Assembly (NCBI GenBank): GCA_041859475.1
Contig: JBHEKO010000545.1
Coordinates: 1-53,454 of the forward strand
DNA: 53,454 nucleotides
Direction: 5' to 3'
From: Candidatus Hydrogenedentales bacterium
GTDB taxonomy: Bacteria > Hydrogenedentota > Hydrogenedentia > Hydrogenedentales > SLHB01
Below, piece after piece: positions 1 to 8,733 of the stretch (its first letter is position 1; each line of letters starts with the position of its first letter). The notes below the pieces were generated by a model, which worked only from the letters and a program-made list of their open reading frames with translations, had not been told where the DNA came from and made no database searches. Made by a program: the position numbers and the translations under genes.

Positions 1-3000
1 GCCGAACCTGTTGTCTATGCGGACAAGCCCAATCCCGTCGAGTTCGCGCCACAGCAAGCGCGGTTTGTGCGCTTCATCGTTAAGGCGTCGAATGACGGTG
101 CGCAACCCTGCATCGATGAACTGGAAGTGTACGGCGCGGATGCGGCGCGCAACTTGGCCCTCGCAGCGCAGGGGGGAAAGGCGTCGGCTTCGTCGTGCTT
201 GGCCGGGTACGCGGCGCATCGGGTTGAGCACCTGAACGATGGCCAGTATGGCAACGACCATAGTTGGATCGCCGCTACCGCGAACGAGGAGTGGGCGCAA
301 ATCGAGCTGCCCGAAGCCGTCAAGATTTCGCGCGTTGTCTTCTCGCGCGACCGAGACAGAAACTACGCCGACCGTGTACCACTGGCGTTTGCCGTGTTGC
401 TTTCAATGGATGGCGTAACGTGGACGCCGGTCGCGGACGTAACCGCCACGGCCGGTGCGGTTGCGGTACGTCAGCAGAGCGCGTCCGGATATTCCGGCGA
501 CGTGCCGAATCCGCCACCGCCGCCGCGACGCGGAAAAGACAAGGAGACGGTGCTTGCTACGCCGCCGCAGAACTACGAAGAGCACTTGAAGCTTGCGTTT
601 CTAGGCGAGGAGCATGCGTGGCTCAAGACCTATGGCCGCGCGGATTTGAGCCCGCGTCTTGTCCCCTATAACGGTCGCGTCAAGGAATACCCGCATCATG
701 TGGCCGACGACCGGTTGCCGCTTCCGCCGCTTTCGTCCGCGCCCGCGCTTGATGGCGCGATCGAAGATGACTGCTGGAGCGAGGCATCGCGCGGCGTGGC
801 GCGTGTGGCGTCGCCTTACGACTTCGAGTCGGGTCCACTGGTCGAGCACGCTGTTGCCGCGGGATGGTACGGGACCGATCTGTATCTCGCGATTGAAGTC
901 GACCGGTTGCTTAGCAGCCACGTTGCCGTCATCTCTACGACCGATGGCCAAGGATGCGGCGTGCTGGTGTGCAGCGAGCAAGGGATGGCGTTCAAGCAAT
1001 ACGAAGGAAACACCGAGAAGACGGTTGCGTTGGCAGAATGCGCAGGCGACAAATCGCTCACACGGTGGGAAGTCCGGCTTCCGCTCGCGCTCTTTCCCGC
1101 GTGCACGGAGAAGGGTCTGCGCATTGGTTTGGGGATGGGCGGACAGCACACCGACAAGTTCGGGCGGCCCGTGCAGTTTGTGTTTTCGAGTCTCAGTGTC
1201 GCTCAAGCAGGACCGTATGCGGACGGCGCGTTCCCGGTGCGCTTTGCGCTTGCTGCAACTGAGGAGAGTAAGGCAGAAGGGCCTATTCGCGTCTCCGGCA
1301 ATGCGCCGGAGATTGGCGATACATTCGCGCTAGCCCCGGGTGAGTCTCGTGTTGTGTCCATCAAGGTTGCGAAGAACGATATCGGCCCGGAGTGTAATCT
1401 CGAACTTGCCGACGACAAGGGGCACGACTATGCGCTGAGTTTGTTCCGATATGACCCGCTCGAACGGACATTGACGTTGATGGACGCGATGGCCGAACGG
1501 TTTGAGAAGAAGGGGCGCGATGTCGCGAAGGAACGCGAACAATTGGCGGCGTTTCGCAAGCGTCAACAGCGACTCCTCGCATCACGCAAGAGTGATATGG
1601 CAAGCGAGCGCGCGTCCTTCTTCGAGGCGCGCAGCGCGAAGCGCGCATTGCTCATGCGCGATTCCGATCTTGCGCCGATGGATGATCTGCTATTTGCGAA
1701 GCGCATGCCCTTTGAACCGTCGCACAACTACAGCGACCTTCTCGACGCACCCTATCGGCCGGGCGGGTCCGTCGCTACGCTTCACATCCCGCGCGAAGGC
1801 GACCGGTTCTTGCCCGAGCAAGCGGAGGTAAAGCACCTCTTTGAATCCGGCGGGGGAATTGCCAGGACGCCTGCCGCGACGTTTGATCGGAGCACGATCT
1901 ACTTCGCTTACCGCCCTTCGGAGCAGGGCTATTTTCACATCATGCGCATGAACGCAGACGGAAGCGATCTCAAGCAGATTACGGACGGGCCGTTCCACGA
2001 CTTCTGGCCGTGTCCGCTGCCGGATGGCGATCTGGCCGTGATCAGTACGCGGTGCCATATGCGATTCTTATGCTGGCGGCCACAGGCCTACGTGATGTTT
2101 CGCATGGACCCGAACGGGCAGGAATTCACGCCGTTGTCGTACGCGAATATCAGCGAATGGGCGCCGTCCGTTATGAGTGACGGACGTATTATCTGGACGC
2201 GTTCGGAATACCAAGACAAAGCGGCGGACTTTGGCCATACGTTGTGGTCTATTCACCCCGACGGCAGCAAGCCGGAGTTGGTATTCGGCAATACGATTAT
2301 CCAGCCCAACGGCTATGCCAACGGACGCGAAGTGCCGGAGACGAACGAGATCTGCTGTACCTTGATTTCGCATTTCGGCGATCTGAATGGGCCCATCGCG
2401 CTCGTCGATATCGACAAGGGGCGTTTCAATCAGAAAGCCATTACGAGCCTGACGCCGGAAGTGCCGTGGCCCGGCATGTGGCCCAGCGAAGAATGCTTCC
2501 GTGACGCGTACCCGATTGCGCGCGACTATTTCATTTGTTCGCATGCGCCACAATACCGGTTTGAGTTGTTCGTGATTGACCGGTTCGGAAACCGCGAATT
2601 GTTGTACGGCGATCCCAGTATTTCGTGCATGTGCCCGACGGTGTTCAAGCCGCAGGCGACGCCGCCGGTCATTGCTTCCGATATTCCAGTGCAGGTTGCG
2701 GAGGAGTATGGCGAATTTGTCATGCGCGATGTGTATGCGGGCATATCTCCCGCAGTCGAGCGCGGCACGGTGAAGTACATCCGCGTGTGCGAGGAAGTGC
2801 GGGCGAACCTGGAAGTCATGCCGGATGGCGAATACCGGAAAGACCACGATCCCGAGTTCTTGGACTGGTATGCCACGCCGGTGCACAAGGTGTCCGGCCC
2901 TTACGGCTGGCCGACCTACGTGGCCAAAGCACCGCATGGCATCGTGCCCGTGGATGAGGACGGCTCGGCGCATTTCAAAGCGCCAGCGGGCAAGGTGCTG

Positions 3001-3582
3001 TATTTCGAGGCGCTCGACGAAAACTTCAACGAACTTCAGCGCATGCGTAGCGTGGTGCAGTTGCAGCCAGGCGAGCGCCGAAGCTGCATCGGTTGTCATG
3101 AGCATCGCGAGTTGGCTCCCGCCAATACGAGCCGTCTGCTTGCCAGGGGACCTGTCGACCCGGTGAAGGCGGAATGGGAAGGCGAAGCGTTCTCCTTCGA
3201 GAGAGTCGTGCAACCCGTACTCGACACGAAGTGCGTCCAATGCCACGACGAGAAAAACAAGATGGGCGTCGACCTACGCGGCGTGCTGGGCGAAGACAAG
3301 GTGCCCGAGTCGTATCGCACGCTTATTTCCAAGGGGTATGTGCATTACGCCGACATGCAATGGAACGCCGGGGGCTGCGAAAAGTTCCAACCGCTGTCGC
3401 TTGGAACGCTCAAGAGCAAGCTGTGGGAAGTGCTGAACGCGGGACATCACGACGTGGAATTGTCGCGCGACGAGATGCTCCGGGTGAAGACGTGGATCGA
3501 TTTGAATTGTCCGCTGTGGCCCGACTATGTGAACCGTAACCAAAGGCCCGGGCCGAAGCCCGTGGTGGCGAAGGCTGAGTAG
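1..3582 (+). CDS. 5'-partial large protein: discoidin (F5/8 type C) domain(s) + CBM9/DOMON-like region + TolB-like propeller + hydrazine synthase alpha-like middle domain + two c-type heme motifs
   Basis: Frame is open from base 1 (AEPVVYADKPNPVEFAPQQARFVRF...), so the true start lies upstream of the window. Discoidin-like 'HSWIA...EEWAQIELPEAVKISRVVFSR'. HZS-alpha-like 'HGIVPVDEDGSAHFKAPAGKVLYFEALDENFNELQRMRS..Q.QPGERRSCIGCHE'. CxxCH at 3085-3099 (CIGCH) and 3232-3246 (CVQCH). Confidence 0.85.
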   Translation, partial: AEPVVYADKPNPVEFAPQQARFVRFIVKASNDGAQPCIDELEVYGADAARNLALAAQGGKASASSCLAGYAAHRVEHLNDGQYGNDHSWIAATANEEWAQIELPEAVKISRVVFSRDRDRNYADRVPLAFAVLLSMDGVTWTPVADVTATAGAVAVRQQSASGYSGDVPNPPPPPRRGKDKETVLATPPQNYEEHLKLAFLGEEHAWLKTYGRADLSPRLVPYNGRVKEYPHHVADDRLPLPPLSSAPALDGAIEDDCWSEASRGVARVASPYDFESGPLVEHAVAAGWYGTDLYLAIEVDRLLSSHVAVISTTDGQGCGVLVCSEQGMAFKQYEGNTEKTVALAECAGDKSLTRWEVRLPLALFPACTEKGLRIGLGMGGQHTDKFGRPVQFVFSSLSVAQAGPYADGAFPVRFALAATEESKAEGPIRVSGNAPEIGDTFALAPGESRVVSIKVAKNDIGPECNLELADDKGHDYALSLFRYDPLERTLTLMDAMAERFEKKGRDVAKEREQLAAFRKRQQRLLASRKSDMASERASFFEARSAKRALLMRDSDLAPMDDLLFAKRMPFEPSHNYSDLLDAPYRPGGSVATLHIPREGDRFLPEQAEVKHLFESGGGIARTPAATFDRSTIYFAYRPSEQGYFHIMRMNADGSDLKQITDGPFHDFWPCPLPDGDLAVISTRCHMRFLCWRPQAYVMFRMDPNGQEFTPLSYANISEWAPSVMSDGRIIWTRSEYQDKAADFGHTLWSIHPDGSKPELVFGNTIIQPNGYANGREVPETNEICCTLISHFGDLNGPIALVDIDKGRFNQKAITSLTPEVPWPGMWPSEECFRDAYPIARDYFICSHAPQYRFELFVIDRFGNRELLYGDPSISCMCPTVFKPQATPPVIASDIPVQVAEEYGEFVMRDVYAGISPAVERGTVKYIRVCEEVRANLEVMPDGEYRKDHDPEFLDWYATPVHKVSGPYGWPTYVAKAPHGIVPVDEDGSAHFKAPAGKVLYFEALDENFNELQRMRSVVQLQPGERRSCIGCHEHRELAPANTSRLLARGPVDPVKAEWEGEAFSFERVVQPVLDTKCVQCHDEKNKMGVDLRGVLGEDKVPESYRTLISKGYVHYADMQWNAGGCEKFQPLSLGTLKSKLWEVLNAGHHDVELSRDEMLRVKTWIDLNCPLWPDYVNRNQRPGPKPVVAKAE

Positions 3583-3584
3583 GA

Positions 3585-3626
3585 TTTGGGGTCTGGGGTT
3601 TAGGGTTTGGGGTCTGGGGTCTGGGA
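3585..3626 (+). repeat. G-rich heptamer tandem array, 6 units (TTTGGGG/TCTGGGG/TTTAGGG variants)
   Basis: Read directly: TTTGGGG TCTGGGG TTTAGGG TTTGGGG TCTGGGG TCTGGGA, starting 3 nt after the stop of the first CDS. Confidence 0.95.
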
Positions 3627-3631
3627 ACCAT

Positions 3632-3667
3632 GGGACTCATCGGTCCTATAGGTCCTATAAGTCCTAT
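3632..3667 (+). repeat. Nonamer tandem array (GGGACTCAT CGGTCCTAT AGGTCCTAT AAGTCCTAT)
   Basis: Three NNGTCCTAT units are preceded by ATGGGAC, an imperfect inverted copy, so it can fold. It lies between convergent genes. Confidence 0.85.
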
Positions 3668-3689
3668 TTAGGGAGCGAAGTGGCCGCCT

Positions 3690-4337
3690 TTAGGCCAATC
3701 GACGCAATTCCACCACCTCGTCGGTCAGCGGTGTGAAGTCGGCGCGGTCGTGCGATGAGATGACGAGGGTCGCGCCCTGCGTGATCTTTCGTTGGGCGAG
3801 TTCTTCGATGAATCTGGCGCGGAGCGTATCGTCCAGGTTGGCGAACGGCTCGTCCAGAAGCAGGATGCCGGGGTTGGTCACGAGGGCCCGGGCGATGGCG
3901 AGGCGCTGTTGCTCGCCGCCGGAGAGCGTGGCCGGATAGGCGCGGCGCTTGTCGCTGAGCCCGCAAAACTCGAGCATGGCATGGGCGCGTGCGATGCGTT
4001 CGCGGCTGTCGATGCCCCGGCCTCGCAGGACAAATTCCAGGTGCCGTTCGGCGCGCATGTGGGGCCACAGTGCGAGGTCTTGAAACACCATACTCACCTC
4101 GTGTCCGTCGCGGCGCGCTTCACACCATCCGGGACGGACTTCGGTTCCGCCGACAAGCACCGTGCCGCTGTCGGGACGTTCGAGTCCCGCGATGATTCGT
4201 AGAACGGTGGTCTTGCCTACGCCGGATGGGCCGAAGAGTCCGAGTCCCTTACCATGTCCAATGCGCAGCGATATCCGCTCGAGTACGGGTGTCGCGCCGA
4301 ATCGTTTTGCGATATCGCGCAGTTCAATGCCGGGCAT
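3690..4337 (-). CDS. ABC importer ATP-binding subunit (FbpC/PotA family, short form)
   Basis: Walker A GPSGVGKT, Q-loop VFQD, signature LSGGEQQR, Walker B LLLDEP, H-switch SSHD. 215 aa with no C-terminal regulatory domain. Confidence 0.93.
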   Translation of the reverse strand: MPGIELRDIAKRFGATPVLERISLRIGHGKGLGLFGPSGVGKTTVLRIIAGLERPDSGTVLVGGTEVRPGWCEARRDGHEVSMVFQDLALWPHMRAERHLEFVLRGRGIDSRERIARAHAMLEFCGLSDKRRAYPATLSGGEQQRLAIARALVTNPGILLLDEPFANLDDTLRARFIEELAQRKITQGATLVISSHDRADFTPLTDEVVELRRLA

Positions 4338-5919
4338 GGGTCCACGCTTTCAATCTGCCGTATCCAAGGGCCGCGCAGAACGTCATGCCTATGACAAGGG
4401 CGACGGTCAGTAGACTTAGCGCGGCGACATAGGAATCCGGACCGTAGTGCATGAGGCTGAACAGGCGAATGGATAGTGTGGTCTCGCCCGGCGGGCAGAC
4501 GAGCACGCTCGTGTCGACTTCGCCCATGGTGAGCACGAAGACCAAACCCCACACGGCAGCAAGGTAGGGAGAGAGGAGCGGGAGCGCGAGGCCTGTCGTG
4601 CGCGCGCACCAAGATAAGCCCGCGACCGAGGCAGCCTCGTCGAGGCGCGGATCGAGACGGCGAGTTCCCGCAAGCATGCCTGCGTAGGCGAAGATGAAGA
4701 ATCGAGCCGCGCACCCCACGACGACGATGGCGAGACTGTCGTAGACCCAGCCTGCCGGGCCGTGATGATTCCAGAGCGCAATCAGGCCAAGCCCGAGTGC
4801 GCCGCCGGTGATGCCGAGAGGCAGGACGCTGAGCGCGAGCGCAATCCCGGAGGCGCGGCGGCGCAGTGTGGTCGCTAGGAGAAATGCCAATGCGGACGCG
4901 AAGGTCGCAGTTGCGATCGACACGAACACGCTTGTGAACATCTCCTTTTGAGCCGTGACCCACACATCGTAGAAAGTCCGCAACGGCAACGCGCGCACCA
5001 TGGTCACGCCGAGCGGAAGAGCAACGGCCACGAATAGGAGGATAAGGCAATAAGCCGCGCCGGCGACGCGCGACATGCGGCTTGCAGGCGCAGGCAGGGC
5101 GCGCGCGCGGCCCGAAAGCCATGCGTGGCGCGGGCGGACGTAGAATGCCCAGAGGATTCCTGCGAGGGCGCAAAGCGCGGCGAGAGGCAGCGCCTGTATG
5201 GTCGCTCCGGCGTAGTCGAAGACGGCGCTCAGTGCATTGATCTCGACGGGATAGGTGTTGACTTGCAGGAGGGACGGGACCGCGAAACTCACGAGCGCAT
5301 ATACGAAGACGAGTAGCATGCCGGTGGCGATTCCCGGAAGGAGCAGCGGAAGCATGATGCCGTGAAACACGCGCCGATGTTGGCCCGCAATGCGCGCCGC
5401 TTCGAGCAGGCGTCCGTCGAAACGGTTGAGCGCGGCCAGCGTGGCGGCCATGACGATGGGGTACCACGAAATTCCGAGTGCCCAGATGACGCCGCTCATG
5501 TGGAACATGCCCGGCCACGTGAGGGCCTTGGTGTTGAGTCCGCTGAATTGCACGACAAAGATGCCGTTGCGACCGAGTAGATCGACCCAGGCGATAGCGG
5601 CGATGTGCGGCGGCACGAGAACCGGAACTGCGAGGAGGCAGGTGAACACGGCGCGCCACGGCGCGGGAACGCGTGTAAGCGCAATGGCTGCCGACGCGCC
5701 GGCGATTCCCGCCAACGCAGAGGCACCGCCCGCGAGGAGCAGGCTGTTGCGCAAGAGTCCCCACTGACGCGCATCCATCAGGACGTTAGCGTATGCGCCG
5801 GAATCTTCAACCAACGCTTTCGCTAGCACGCAGGCGACGGGCAAGAGTACGACAACCGCGAAGGCGGCCAGCGCCGCGAGCGCAAACATCGTGCGCGTCC
5901 ATCGCGAAGCTTGGATCAT
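4324..5919 (-). CDS. ABC importer permease (FbpB/AfuB family, two MetI-like halves)
   Basis: Start reassigned to ATG at 5919 (MIQASRW), which overlaps the stop of the binding-protein gene (ATGA). Two EAA motifs (LLEAARIAG; LDEAASVAG); multiple TM segments. Confidence 0.9.
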   Translation of the reverse strand: MIQASRWTRTMFALAALAAFAVVVLLPVACVLAKALVEDSGAYANVLMDARQWGLLRNSLLLAGGASALAGIAGASAAIALTRVPAPWRAVFTCLLAVPVLVPPHIAAIAWVDLLGRNGIFVVQFSGLNTKALTWPGMFHMSGVIWALGISWYPIVMAATLAALNRFDGRLLEAARIAGQHRRVFHGIMLPLLLPGIATGMLLVFVYALVSFAVPSLLQVNTYPVEINALSAVFDYAGATIQALPLAALCALAGILWAFYVRPRHAWLSGRARALPAPASRMSRVAGAAYCLILLFVAVALPLGVTMVRALPLRTFYDVWVTAQKEMFTSVFVSIATATFASALAFLLATTLRRRASGIALALSVLPLGITGGALGLGLIALWNHHGPAGWVYDSLAIVVVGCAARFFIFAYAGMLAGTRRLDPRLDEAASVAGLSWCARTTGLALPLLSPYLAAVWGLVFVLTMGEVDTSVLVCPPGETTLSIRLFSLMHYGPDSYVAALSLLTVALVIGMTFCAALGYGRLKAWTHARH

Positions 5920-6968
5920 TTCAAAAACTCGGCCTTGATGAATTCGGCGGCCTTCTCGAATTCGGCGGCTGCTTTTGCAAAGTCGACGGCCATCGGATGA
6001 ATGTTGGAGAGCGTCGGCAATCCTTCGGGCGCCTTCACGGCAGGGTTGAGAGGGATTTGGAGAGACCGCGATTTTGCAAGGGCTTCCTCTACTTCGGGGC
6101 TCAGCAAGAAGTCGATGAGTTTCCGAGCCGACTCGGGATGCGGCGCGTCCTTCACGATGGCCACGGTATTGGGGATGATGAGCGCGCCGATGTCGCCCTC
6201 CTCCTGATCCGGAAACACCCACTTGGCGGGTTTGCCGTCGAGTACCGCGCCGTTGGCGTCGTCGGTGTCGGTCAAGCCTGCGGCGTACTCGCCGTTGGCT
6301 ACCATGTCGCGAACGGTGGCATTGCCCGCAAGCACGGCGACGTTGTTCTCCAGAAGGCCCTTGAAGTAAGCCTTGGCTTCGACTTCGCCCCATGTCGCGA
6401 AAAGGACTGCGGCGTGCGCGGCGGTGGTACCGAACAACGGCTTTGCGATGGCCGCCTTGCCGTGCCACTCGGGCTTGAGAAAGTCGCGAATGGACTTCGG
6501 CGGTTCGATTGCAAGGTCGGTGTTGTAGATGATCACGCGGCCTCGCGCCGCAAAACCGGACCAGTAGAATTCGGGGTCTTTAAACCCGGCGGGGATGGCG
6601 TCCGCGGAAGGGGAGTGATAAGGCGCAAGCAGTCCCTTCTGCTTGAGCATGATGGTCTGTACAATCTCGTTATTCCAAAAGACGTCCGCGCGCGGACGGT
6701 CCTTTTCGGCGGCGATGCGGCTGACAAGGCCGGTGGTCTTCGAGGCTTCCGTGTCGAACACGGGCAACGCCTTGATGCCTGTTTTCTTCTCGAACGCGTC
6801 GAGAATGGGTTTCGAGAACATTTCGTCGAGCGCGGTGTAGACGACCACCTCGGGTTGACTCTGCTTTGCGCACCCTACGACGCCCGCGAGTGCGGCGCAC
6901 ACGATCATCAAGCACCGAGTGCCTCGAAGGGAAGCCAGGAGTGCTTTGAGCGGTCGAAGAAATCTCAT
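5916..6968 (-). CDS. ABC substrate-binding lipoprotein (FbpA/AfuA-like family)
   Basis: Start at ATG 6968 (MRFLRPL). Lipobox-like VVGC. Family motifs 'VVVYTA', 'FEKKTGI', 'RPRADVFW', 'IPNTVAIVK.APHPESARKLIDFLLS'. Confidence 0.9.
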   Translation of the reverse strand: MRFLRPLKALLASLRGTRCLMIVCAALAGVVGCAKQSQPEVVVYTALDEMFSKPILDAFEKKTGIKALPVFDTEASKTTGLVSRIAAEKDRPRADVFWNNEIVQTIMLKQKGLLAPYHSPSADAIPAGFKDPEFYWSGFAARGRVIIYNTDLAIEPPKSIRDFLKPEWHGKAAIAKPLFGTTAAHAAVLFATWGEVEAKAYFKGLLENNVAVLAGNATVRDMVANGEYAAGLTDTDDANGAVLDGKPAKWVFPDQEEGDIGALIIPNTVAIVKDAPHPESARKLIDFLLSPEVEEALAKSRSLQIPLNPAVKAPEGLPTLSNIHPMAVDFAKAAAEFEKAAEFIKAEFLK

Positions 6969-6973
6969 GCCTA

Positions 6974-8689
6974 TCAGTTCCCCCGTGTGGTGTTCGGCAA
7001 CCCAGGCAGTTCTCTGAACCATCGCTGTCCGAGCGCGCGCTTCGCAATCTGGAGCAAAAAGAGAAGAGCGACCGTGTGAAGCATGGTATGCGCTAACCAT
7101 GGCACGAATCGAATCCCGATTTCGGGTGTATGGCGAACGAATCCGAATGCTCCCAAGACGGGCGAGATGAGGAGGGCGTACGGCTGTCTGCTCATGTATC
7201 CGTAAGCAATCGCACGCATTCCAAACAGGAGCAACGGGCTGAGCGCGTAAGCCAGTGTGACAAGCAGGGAAAGCGCGATGGCGGAACTTGTCGCTTGTGC
7301 ATGGAGCGATACGTAAGCGCTGATTGTGGAAACGGTCAGCACGCAGACCAGAGTGGTTACGGTTCCCGCCGCGAGCACTGGCCACAGGACCGGTTGCGCT
7401 GCAACGAGGGCGAAGAGCGGTAGGTTTGAGAGGGCGACGAGTCCCATGCCGAGCAGAGCATGGTAGGCGCCGCCCAAGACCTTTCCGAAGAGCAACTGTG
7501 ACGGGCTCACCAGTGTGAGTTGGAGTTGGTCCTTAGTTTCCCCCTCAGTCTCCTTGGTGAAGGCCGGAGCGGTCATAGGAATTGCGGAGACAATGGCCAC
7601 GACCGAGAGCATTCCCAACCAACCCAGGACGTAGTACTGCGACACGGCCGAGAACCTCTGCAATTCTCTGTTCGTGAGCAGCACGCCAAGGAAAGCCATA
7701 TTGGAGAGTGCAAGCGCCAGCACCACAATCATTCGCTTGAGTGGAGTGACGTTTTCCAGGAGTTTTCCATGTCTGAGTTCATGAAGAAGGACGGGGTTCC
7801 AATAATCCGGAATTGGACCGCGCTTTCGCCGGTGCGTGCGGGATGATGCGCGGAGTGCTTTGGAGATTGAGGAGGGAGGCTCTCCCGATTCCGACGCGGT
7901 TGCCGCGATAACCTGTGAGGGGCGGGAGATTGCGCGGCGAGCGACAAGATAGGCCACGGTCGCGAAGAACGCTTGTATGGCGACGCTGGATGCCACCGAA
8001 GCCGGCGGGACCGGTGTCCACGCATAGCTGAGGCAGAGCACGGCAGGCGATGTATACAGCAGCGTCCTGCCGAATCCAAGCAGGATGGCGGGATCTTGGG
8101 TGCGCTGCGAATAAACAAGCGCGCCAAGATAGGGCAGGACAGCGTATCCGAAAAGACAGAACGCAGACCATGCCATGGCGCGTTGGGAGGCGTGGCGGGA
8201 ATCGGGAGCGGAGGCCGAAACGGCTACCGCGCCTATGCCGCATGAGAGGGCGCATATGGGGAAGAGGAGCAAGGGGAGCTTCAGAGGAGCGAGGTCGAAG
8301 GGGAAAGCAAACGTCTGCAGTGCGAGCAGAGGAAGAAAGGCAATCGCAAGGAAGAGATACACGGCTAACGCGCTTGTCAGGATCCCGGCGATTATGCCGG
8401 AGGGGGTGATAGGAGTCAGTTTGAGGAGGTCGTAGGTGTTCTTGAGGCGCTCTTCTACAAGGGACTGGGCCGTTATTGAAGGCACAATGGCGAAAAGCGC
8501 AAACAGTAGAAAAGTGCCGGTATAGTGCGCGAAGAACTTGCCGCTCGTGACGGTATCCGAATAGCTCATAGGGTAGTCCGGCCAGATGCGATAGAGAATC
8601 CAGCAGGCAAGAAGGAGGGCAAGCGCCAAACACGCAAAGAGCGTGGCCTTCCGAGCCTGCTGTCGCACGCGGTGACGGACAATCGCCAT
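6974..8689 (-). CDS. ABC-2-type exporter permease, internally duplicated (paralog 4)
   Basis: Start reassigned to ATG 8689 (MAIVRHR). Two ABC-2 loop motifs (SLVEERLKNTYDLLKLTPITPSGIIAG; AFTKETEGETKDQLQLTLVSPSQLLFGK) separated by the NPVLLHELR linker. Confidence 0.82.
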   Translation of the reverse strand: MAIVRHRVRQQARKATLFACLALALLLACWILYRIWPDYPMSYSDTVTSGKFFAHYTGTFLLFALFAIVPSITAQSLVEERLKNTYDLLKLTPITPSGIIAGILTSALAVYLFLAIAFLPLLALQTFAFPFDLAPLKLPLLLFPICALSCGIGAVAVSASAPDSRHASQRAMAWSAFCLFGYAVLPYLGALVYSQRTQDPAILLGFGRTLLYTSPAVLCLSYAWTPVPPASVASSVAIQAFFATVAYLVARRAISRPSQVIAATASESGEPPSSISKALRASSRTHRRKRGPIPDYWNPVLLHELRHGKLLENVTPLKRMIVVLALALSNMAFLGVLLTNRELQRFSAVSQYYVLGWLGMLSVVAIVSAIPMTAPAFTKETEGETKDQLQLTLVSPSQLLFGKVLGGAYHALLGMGLVALSNLPLFALVAAQPVLWPVLAAGTVTTLVCVLTVSTISAYVSLHAQATSSAIALSLLVTLAYALSPLLLFGMRAIAYGYMSRQPYALLISPVLGAFGFVRHTPEIGIRFVPWLAHTMLHTVALLFLLQIAKRALGQRWFRELPGLPNTTRGN

Positions 8690-8733
8690 GAAGGCCCAGG
8701 GTGGACGCAGGCGTTGCGGGATACCGGGGAGTC

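Noticed and set aside
1-3582. Evidence for anammox metabolism
   Set aside because: Only an HZS-alpha-like domain is present, fused to lectin-like domains; no hzsB/hzsC or hydrazine dehydrogenase in the window.
4217-5764. 515-aa Arg-rich minus-strand ORF overlapping the importer permease
   Set aside because: Alternative frame of the permease gene, with low-complexity Arg/Ala/Pro composition typical of off-frame GC-rich sequence.
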